In this document: positions 60,401 through 64,000 of the stretch, in pieces
Layout of the letters: the number at the start of each line of letters is the position of its first letter
Position numbering within the stretch: the stretch's first letter is position 1
Source: Prorocentrum cordatum
Taxonomy: Eukaryota
Length of the DNA: 64,000 bases
NCBI GenBank assembly: GCA_963575745.1
Contig: CAUYUJ010000092.1
Coordinates: forward strand, 496,001 to 560,000
Direction: 5' to 3'
Translations under genes and position numbers: made by a program
Notes under the pieces: model-generated
The model's input: only the letters and a program-made list of their open reading frames with translations
Told to the model about the DNA's origin: nothing
The model's database searches: none

Positions 60401-62547
60401 GGGCGCGCAGCTGACAAAAGGGGGGAGAGCTCAGGAGCGGGAGCGGGTCGCGGGAGCGGAGGAGGACGCCTGCACTTCGCAGCGGCAGGTATCGGGGGCT
60501 GGCGCGGGAGCAGGGTCGGGAACAGGGTCGGGGCAGGGCGAGGAGAACGATGGCGTGGACAGAGGCCTCGAGGGCCCCGCTGGTGAGCCTCCCCCCTCGC
60601 GGCACGGGCCTCGGGAATCACCACGATCTTCCTCCTCTCGACGCCGCTGGAGGCGAACTGCTCCACCGCGAAGGCCGACGGGACCCAGACCGCGTCCATG
60701 GCGTTGATGCGGGGTACCCAGGCCTCGGGCAAGCGGTCGGTCTCGTACATGGCCCGTCCGATGCTGAATCTCGTGTTGAGCGGCGGGCATGGCTCCACGG
60801 AGCCCCAGCCGAAGGCCCCGTCCTCCAGCCAGACGTCGGGCGTCGCGTGGCAGACTGCTACGTCCCACTGTCCGACGCCCTGGCCCATGGTCAGCAGGCT
60901 CTGCACGGTCTCCTTCGTGCCGTTTGGCAGGCCGAGCACGAACTGGTAGTCGGGCTGCTCGGCGAACTGCCGCATGCCGAACGAGGGCGCCCCCTCCTGC
61001 CTGGCGAACGCGGCCTGCAGCGCTGGAGCGTAGGCGAGGGCCTCGCTGGAGAAGCCGCCAGGGTTCAACACTGGGGCCATCCATACCTCGCAGGACGGCA
61101 GGCTGAAAGGATCCAGGACCTCCGCCCTGGGGCGCTGTGGCGGTGCTGAGCCACCCACTTTTGTGAGAGGCCTCCTAGATGGGGTCCGAGTAGATGGGGT
61201 CGGAGGATCGCGCCGCATCACTGATGCATTGGCGACACGTCGAGGATGAATCGGCGATGCGCTGGCGACGTCGCCGATGCATCGGCGCTATCGGCGTGAA
61301 GAACTCTGACCCCACGTCGATCCGCACAGTCGCTACATCGGCGATGCGGCGAGATCCTTCGACCCCTATCTACTCGGAGCCCATCTGGGATGCCTCGATT
61401 TGTGGCGCTGTGAGAACACCTCCCCTGCAGGACCCCCAGGGCGCCACAATGCAAGGGGGCTCCGAGTCCTTGGAGTGCCACCGGAGAGGGACCTCTGTAC
61501 GTCGAGGGCGCCCCCCCCTGGGGAAAGGGCCCCAGACCCTCAGAGAGCGCCACCCCGGGGGGAGGGGGATCGGTACGGCAGGTTCGTGCCGTGCCGACTT
61601 CGGCGTTGGCTTCTGACGAAGCGGGGATCGTTCAACCTTGGACGATCGGCCGATTCCGAAACGACAAATCGTGCACCATGACCGATTCTGGGTCGCCGGC
61701 AACGTTAAACGCGGACAGCGGGTTCGCCGCCGGTCGACACGACGCGGACCTTCCGTCTTAAGTCGGGCCTGTCCCCCTACAGGGGGATTTTCGACGAAAA
61801 ATGAAACAAAAACTCCAAGCATACTCCAAAATGGTAAAACAAAAAAAAAATGCAAAAGATAGCCCCCAGACTATTTTTTAAAGCTATTTTTGAATATTCC
61901 TCCTGTAGGGGGACACGCCCGACTTGAGCGTTGTCCCACTGGCCACCGTGTTCGGCAACGACCGGATCGGCTCCTCGCCGCCGAATCTGGCGGCCACTGA
62001 GGCGAGCAGCTGGCCCATGGCCTCGCCGGCGGAGCGGGCTGAGAGCCCTGGGGGGCACATCGAGACGGAAGAGGAGGGAGGGGGAGGAGAAAGGAACGAG
62101 GAAGGACGAGAGGGAGAAGGGAGGAGGAGGAGGAGGAGGAGGAGGCGGAGGAGGAGGAGGAGGAGGAGGCGAAGGAGGAGGAGGCGGAGGAGGATGAGGA
62201 TGAGGACGAGGAGGAGGAGGAGGAAGAGGAGAAGAAGGAGGAGGAGGGAGAGGAGGAGGAGAGGCGGAGGAGGAGGAGGCGGAGTAGGAGGAGGAGGAGG
62301 AGGAAGGGAGGAGAGGAGGGGGAGGGGGGAAGAGGTGGAGGAAGGAGGAGGCGGAGAAGAAGGAGGAGGAAGAGGAGGAGAAGAGGAGGAGGAGGAGGAG
62401 GAGGAGGAGGAGGAGGAGGAGGAGGAGGCCCATGGCCTCGCCGGCGGAGCCCCAGGGGTGGCCCAAGCGCGCGCCGGCGGCCGCGCCGTCCGACTCGCCG
62501 CCCGCGGCCGCGGCCAGGCTCGCGCACGCGAGCGCGGCGGCCCGCAT
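13150..62547 (-). CDS. Host gene: GT4 (GT-B fold) glycosyltransferase, 3'-partial. Exons 62547-62451, 62047-61963, 61126-60610, 58604-58550, 21198-21134, 13191-13150
   Basis: Exons join in phase (1,2,0,1,0) with AG|G acceptors and GC,GT,GC,GC,GC,GA donors. Protein: [14 protein letters not shown]...[18 protein letters not shown]...[57 protein letters not shown]...|...[24 protein letters not shown]. This is the motif order of group-1 glycosyltransferases. Exons 1-2 are less certain than exons 3-6. Confidence 0.85.
14110..14840. repeat. Composite minisatellite of gtggtgtccc 10-mers and gagatcgatagt 12-mers
   Basis: Alternating blocks directly visible. Confidence 0.9.
15180..15497. repeat. (gggtgggtcgc)n minisatellite followed by (CAA)n
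   Basis: Directly visible. Reverse-complement copies of the same unit occur at ~40565-40660. Confidence 0.9.
16935..19950. repeat. Tandem array of four ~450-bp units, third unit interrupted by the LINE
   Basis: ggcattcg(a/g)aaac...gggg recurs at ~16940, 17391, 17839 and 19594. Confidence 0.88.
17919..19222 (-). mobile_element. 5'-truncated non-LTR retrotransposon (LINE) fragment
   Basis: The ORF carries the post-RT C-terminal zinc knuckle CLLGC...DSVEHYSRC. An A9 tail lies at 17919-17927 (T run on +). It interrupts one unit of the ~450-bp tandem repeat (compare the intact unit at 19653-19690). Confidence 0.82.
21567..21741. mobile_element. Tc1/mariner-type MITE, copy 1
   Basis: ~26-bp imperfect TIRs CAGTCGGGGCC.TGA...AAGGAACCC flanked by TA on both sides. 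Second copy at 59826-60001. Confidence 0.85.
23119..24672. repeat. ~180-bp satellite array, left part, with a duplicated head/tail higher-order unit
   Basis: gcgaggcagttgcctcaaggacgcacccggcggcaaggccggtagtcctgcac recurs about every 180 bp. The head at 23119-23195 repeats at 24346-24422. Confidence 0.92.
32960..33440. repeat. Left subterminal repeat array of the CMC transposon (ttcggcggattaccgccttc units in a TCC-rich matrix)
   Basis: About 10 full copies of the palindromic GGCGGATTACCGCC core, with a ~180-bp higher-order duplication. Confidence 0.85.
33739..35187 (+). CDS. Transposon accessory ORF A, 482 aa: helical N-terminal domain, poly-Q linker, basic stretch, C-terminal AP2-like module
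   Basis: Complex sequence with GC3-rich codons from the ATG at 33739. SL relic just upstream. The C-terminus [27 protein letters not shown]...[13 protein letters not shown] has a three-strand plus helix pattern (inferred). Confidence 0.8.
   Translation: MALQQELLQRAEGVGPLLRAARGQGEAAWKQASGAQAARLVELVGLVRPQGQLLIRLAGLAQQDGFAPADAQLLQNALATAASSSGGAWKSQDFEHFPYFLSGEVWAVLSDPHGDVLHKARSVLSFLSSKLGLKNPSEGTLAHVTALVTICVDGAPAARSMSPHFLKDTFDHIKTMWKGMVKAEPLEKMAALPADPDAFRAAFPATWASAYGGGGPASIGVFFVDVSVVAKSFKWRERQRAGSASSAPLLQALQNMMGQTLQQPQQERLANGAVLTFAGKQPRSLAGVQAAATSAAGQLAVTDLPQQQQQQQLQQQQQDNYNLQLQAKQLQEQLQQQQQQQQHQPPQPQPSQFALEDAHSAGASAGGAPQAKKAKKVDSVEAAAMQVHAAMQQEKETKAKAKAKAKPAAKTCVLKKPASAPVGKAAVVTKISVENTRSQCVAHYGRGPGSTKVFKWGPNTGYTKETSEKAAKQWIENRLRVG
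35765..37279 (+). CDS. Transposon accessory ORF B (up to 504 aa; coding-like signal fades after ~36950), unknown function, Lys/Gly-rich tail
   Basis: ATG follows an SL relic. GC3-rich codons. Two F.AKFG.ERGT.AF.EDE repeats. The 3' end runs through intergenic motifs and overlaps ORF C, so the true stop is uncertain. Confidence 0.7.
   Translation: MAAPKRSAFEDLQSFFEEADGAFDQMDAERSHVIGCLRKVLEDSGHVEAADVRDTPLEEPAAAASSSAASATLEVEVDRPVRPREQVVDVDALERSVDNVLREGDANSAGDAPMPDGAAERVQQLMLRDPEFARIALLMVMSPLSVDWNDPAVINVEKTLILEFQCHKKFRQRGPPGPLQGGPTEWRGQAWRQNSGRWGSRGGRSVRLAEFQAKFGKERGTEAFLEDEDRRRSLRQDSFVAKFGMERGTQAFQEDEAARASKSKAVARMMAAPPKAHQPRMVLPTVDPPTSKARPTPKMVAPVPIARPAAKGKSKEAVSSKGTAGKHGKGSDEDTDKGSDKGVRKGTAVKSKGGHKGADKGKDAHVVKNVLQPTSKRPAPRTPSPHRRPKRRATNSQDASGRGPLHFLWRALLFLEKNTRTSSAAHPPWRFIRLCVHECRCARVTRVLPRRLTRHGGLPACVFATHMLSHRFFCIGVLARTRSARGPPVAASFRIHVGRCVLLR
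37251..37832 (+). CDS. Transposon accessory ORF C, 193 aa: putative C2H2-like zinc-binding motif and C-terminal coiled coil
   Basis: CPFGSQC...[11 protein letters not shown] motif and helical C-terminus. SL-like relic ~45 nt upstream. GC3-rich codons. Confidence 0.75.
   Translation: MSDAASSSADVQPAAAHADDGSPTWIMWGGKCPFGSQCSKRSATIKSCHSYEDAVESIIHHLVTSPYHELERSEAESAVDFNLIESWEVDKKKWAEEQDRWQKKQRKSLPWQPTAEPAISAPPTGAGTGRITLSEMQVRACVDSLKRAKVSAESAANLCAKAARAFNEEVTCIQQCVEVIESYVQPTRVLPLR
38079..38447. repeat. Fold-back array of CCGATAAC / GTTATCGG motifs
   Basis: More than 25 motif copies, mostly forward in the left half and reversed in the right half, bounded by gatgtgac / gtcacatc. Confidence 0.85.
38750..39150. 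repeat. Degenerate ~90-bp tandem repeat inside the CMC transposon
   Basis: ttttgctacaa..cccctga.gcactgattggggcatgta-like units recur about 5 times. Confidence 0.6.
39780..40550. repeat. Patch of the genome-wide gggccctcttgg/ccccaaga-rich repeat family nested in the CMC transposon
   Basis: Internal ~165-bp periodicity (cgcgaagcctctctcgcgtgaccgatct). Same composition as 240-860, 2420-2990, 9960-10140, 12330-12760 and 16935-19950. Confidence 0.6.
41169..42731 (+). CDS. Transposon accessory ORF D, ~520 aa (alternative start 41190): CxxC...CxxC zinc ribbon, Lys/Ser-rich basic region, helical C-terminus
   Basis: CYRC...WKCEKC motif, [15 protein letters not shown] block and NLS-like KKSKKQ tracts. 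SL relic at 41084-41105. Confidence 0.8.
   Translation: MSLQLALMPPPAAAPVPTAKAKGKAKAKAKSKSKTATVEMANDATVAWWTKFKSPGSVVSGSEAADSPTATTLALAAPEVADLGDFEDAPEGDDVASSGAAASSEPLAVEDAACSPTPTQEVADKASPPVLKPTPTPGEVFVWQGPEVKHEPSNPTCYRCKQEVDVLRAPLIGKGQGSWKCEKCNTRGTQLSRLFGSWPPASFRRLDSSVQAKFWQDAKEKAGKDQLEELFVQTLTTTRIEQEVAQVGGEYLPLSVYAQRGFDVTRIEKECKDTEEHKILGTCYRVDIRGGYSKTIEQLARAEVQELKAKAKAPPPTQPTQPAPGKSESDDSESGSNKTSSKKGNKSKKQKKSKKQSKKSKKADKKDKRDRKDKKSKKRAASSTSDSDSDSKSENDKGLQAKQRKLEQEKAKQAKKNVALATRVLCKIERPRISLDRDLKDPMSKHVPKYTIDPAKKKLKELEKLYSEFRKVHDERGMGGEVTTTVAEVDDLVKTSIEAAALLSKLLSTAKSNVPSGDDV
43831..45813 (+). CDS. CMC/EnSpm-type DDE transposase, 660 aa, intronless
   Basis: Motifs LALYIDD, LIGDEVA...[30 protein letters not shown] and [11 protein letters not shown] occur in the order typical of EnSpm/Mirage/Chapaev-like transposases. 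Lies inside the TIR pair. Confidence 0.85.
   Translation: MEPLAKRQRILDMLSRRNFSESDVVAALAALGRDEAASRRDVRECVDTFTADVLVQLTLQKQGGDAFDWTIAKYQLLLPRCLAQCAGFREEFENAVARSPNSFDRPWRLALYIDDVVPGDVLRLNNKRKTTCWYIGILEMGRYLRCEEAWLPVGVLRATIAKDLQGGFPAAAKALLRSLLLGSDSVAVAGVSVPCGGQSRIMHFKFQRLIGDEVATKAFFDTKGFGGIRCCSISCKNVVKLNKDGVTDSLADHQTGTYLVDVSCSDPSQFDPMSDEDVWRTHDILDAVRRNGGALKKAQTTMGFSLNEHGVLADKDLRPHVFPHSCLLRDCMHVYLAGGIVNIEIGLLFNGVAECTPGFSFRLLKTFAEADWHWNPGGLTRSEFADIFNGSREMAWKSSGVFRAGASELLSAFPFIRYFVVEHVPAHKVQLERQSYLRLCDVLDSINEAKHYSTPVAMKDIMRRAVGRFLDAHKAAYRLDSIVPKHHYQWHAVSDQEDDIFLDCFVHERKNKIVKQSMTHIANTAAFEKSSVQQLLVKVFPAMDKVRMTELCEPVAVSQPLSDKFGQVCVVSKQMRWRGLLLRVGSVVFIQNAAVEVQACLSAGGVLALIVGKLALVRREPLGGYSIWTRTGQSELLVPEGARKATGWFLKSDNALVVIH
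49994..50815 (-). pseudogene. ACT: Captured, intronless, divergent actin copy with two in-frame internal deletions, embedded in a long ORF
   Basis: [110 protein letters not shown]. Lacks the N-terminal ~43 aa and residues ~92-130 and ~192-209. Confidence 0.93.
50697..52529 (-). CDS. ORF1 of the split-direct-repeat element, 610 aa: hydrophobic N-terminus, 60-bp tandem repeats, coiled coil (gag-position ORF)
   Basis: First ATG ~150 nt after the SL-like motif in repeat A1. [19 protein letters not shown] repeats at ~52150-52380. Heptad-like region MEAALAEKG...[10 protein letters not shown]. Confidence 0.5.
   Translation of the reverse strand: MAAGFLMAHLAVMVTWSAQGAMGWWPYGRAAGVGAPAPTALPKPGPNLQTAGGGGHGKGRGAPAKPAPGAGGGGHGQGRGAPAKPAPGAGGGGHGEGRGAPAKPAPGAGGGGHGEGRGAPAKPAPAAGKGRGPPAKPPGARPAGATTTTTTTTGASARRAVTRTTTATTTTTSTTPLRQRPGRRGGGEPTGSPAAPDPSERPSLTPSGQPAAQSNGSGAGEAPSPVDPVFPVAERSRAAASSVGGAGSSGLGLDLLHLGWLAAGWLACCVLGAECRHRRMEAALAEKGTNLQLWATEALDAGEKLAVARSRCTALEAERSRAAVGAEEWRQAYEEEATRRWRERVSRQMIAERLVQGMSQACEYERARRLCAEETLARSRAHVATLMAIVDHLTTSFELGATGAENLRARIDELEAAAGAGGEAGVSTADFVAELRAVGDDEAEEAVPPPSREPGVFATTEGVDGRGGGGVGGVGGEKDEEAQAAKAPAAGPAGTGGRAAVNPTPFPPARWRESGEGGGPPESEDEEAEEDEEDRTPGGRPHPDRGCLPTPNRRGTVAGRRGRFRRRVRIGHHGRGGPERRLRGRRGAEQARRADAEVPNRARHRDELRR
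52749..53630. repeat. ~180-bp satellite array, right part, continuing the unit broken at 24672
   Basis: Same unit as 23119-24672. The tail at 53510-53630 matches 24210-24340. Confidence 0.92.
59826..60001. mobile_element. Tc1/mariner-type MITE, copy 2
   Basis: TA|cagtcggggcgctga...tcagcgccccggctg|TA, alignable over its full length to 21567-21741. Confidence 0.85.
60610..61126 (-). CDS. Largest exon (exon 3) of the GT4 glycosyltransferase
   Basis: Lies within ORF 60043..61221. Contains the [12 protein letters not shown]...MDAVWVPS.F motif. Acceptor ccag|g, donor gag|gc. Confidence 0.9.
61173..61390. mobile_element. Fold-back/MITE-like element in GT intron 2
   Basis: ~55-65-bp imperfect inverted repeats (tcctagatggggtccgagtagatggggtcggaggatc... 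/ ...gatccttcgacccctatctactcggagcccatctggga). Confidence 0.65.
61758..61928. mobile_element. Small MITE-like element in GT intron 2
   Basis: ~27-bp inverted repeats cttaagtcgggcctgtccccctacagg / cctgtagggggacacgcccgacttgag around an A-rich core. Confidence 0.6.
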
Positions 62548-63122
62548 GGCCCGGGCGCGAGGGCGCGCCGCGACAGCGCGGGGTCTCGGAGGGGCCGGCG
62601 CGCGGCGCGGCCCCCTCCGAGGAGAAGGCGAGGAAGAGGAAGGAGGAGGAGGAGGAGGAGGAGGAGGGGGAGGAGGAGGAGGAGGAGGCGGAGGAGGAGG
62701 AGGAGGAGGAGGAGGAGGAGGAGGAGGAGGAGGAGGGGGAGGAGGAGGGGAGGAGGAGGAGGGAGGGAGGAGGAGGAGGAGGGAGGAGGAGGAGGCGGAG
62801 GAGGAGGAGGAGGAGGGAGGAGGAGGAGGAGGAGGCGGAGGAGGAGGAGGAGGAGGAGGAGGCGGAGGAGGAGGAGGAGGAGACGGAGGCGGAGGAAAGA
62901 GGAGGAGGTCTCGGTACAGGCGGAGCCCCGCGGGGCGCGCGGACCGCCTTTTTTTTTTTCCTCTCTCTCTCTCTGTCTCTCTCTTCCTCCTCCCTGACCT
63001 CGTCCTCGTCCTCGTCCTTCGTCGTCCTGCCGCTGCTCCTGCTGCTCTAGCTGCTCCTCCTCGACTTCGTTTTCGTGTTCCTCCTCCTCCTCCTCCTCTT
63101 CCTCCTCCTCCGGCTTTTCCTT

Positions 63123-63161
<39 letters not shown>

Positions 63162-63175
63162 CTCTTCCCTCTCCT
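62070..63175. repeat. (GGA)n/(TCC)n low-complexity tracts flanking GT exon 1
   Basis: Directly visible. Similar tracts at 3264-3440, 20500-20630, 22490-22605, 54255-54650 and 58760-59335. Confidence 0.9.
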
Positions 63176-64000
63176 TCCCCCATTTTACAGACAAAGGGAC
63201 GGCGGTTCAAGCTTGCAAAAGCGCGTTGTTTTTCAGAGTCCTCGCATGTAGCTGCTGGACAAGCGCACGCGCGAGCCACTCGTGGACGACAGTCGCGAGG
63301 ATGCCTGCCGTTCGCTTGTCGCACGCCGCCGAAACTGCTCTCGCTTCCCGAAAGAACTTGCACAAACAGGGCGTCTGGGATTGGCAGTGCGCGGGATCGT
63401 GGCTTTACGCTCCTTTCTCCATGCAGATTCGCCTGCTGCGTCTAGACATAACAGCAAGGCCATCGAAAAGGTACTGAGAGCCATTCGAAAGTTCACATGT
63501 TGAGCGACCTTGGTTACCTTCGAGTGCCAATCCACTGCAGAGCTGTTGTCATGATCTTCCAGGTTGCCATCGAAACCCACCAACTGTGTTTCCTGCAAGA
63601 TGGGGGGAAGAGGAGGCGGAGGAGAAAAAGGAGGACGGCGACGAACAGGAGAAACGGCAGGAGGAAGAGGATGAGGAAGAGGATGAGGAAGAGGATGAGG
63701 AAGAGGAAGAGGATGATCACGAACGCTGGCCTACATCCAATTACGATCTGACGTCCAGCATGCCAGTGGATAGCCTCGCCCCTAGCCACTTCAGCCCTCC
63801 TCTTCCTCCTTCTCCTGCCCCTTCTCCTCCTCCCGCGGCGGCATCGGCGCAGTGGCCCCGATGAGGGCCTCCGTCACCGCGGCAACCAGAGCGCATTCGC
63901 GGCAACCACAGCAGCGCTGCGACTGCTGCTGCTGCTGCTGCTGCTTCTGCTTCTGCTTCTGATGATGATGATGCTGATGATGATGATGATAATGAAGATG

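Overview
GC-rich, repeat-dense eukaryotic DNA, most likely a dinoflagellate. The evidence is GC/GA/GG splice donors with AG|G acceptors and degenerate copies of the dinoflagellate spliced leader. Most of the window is one minus-strand host gene, a GT4-type glycosyltransferase: six exons were traced from 62547 down to 13150, and the C-terminal exons were not found. Its introns are filled with mobile DNA. The 37-kb fourth intron holds a nested set. (1) A ~180-bp satellite is split by (2) a 28-kb element with Ngaro/PAT-type split direct repeats (A...B-A-B), no target-site duplication, no recognisable RT or recombinase, and a captured, internally deleted actin copy. (3) That element is split by a 13.7-kb CMC/EnSpm(CACTA)-like DNA transposon with perfect 33-bp TIRs and a 2-bp TSD. 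The transposon carries a transposase and four intronless co-oriented accessory ORFs. All five genes are preceded by a spliced-leader relic, the intergenic spaces carry a palindromic GCGG-N4/5-CCGC motif, and two genes share a 3' hairpin. Also present are a 7-exon ~1207-aa hAT-like DDE transposase gene, a 5'-truncated LINE, several MITEs, minisatellites, microsatellites and a 100-N gap. All gene models and family calls come from reading the sequence by eye; no searches were run.
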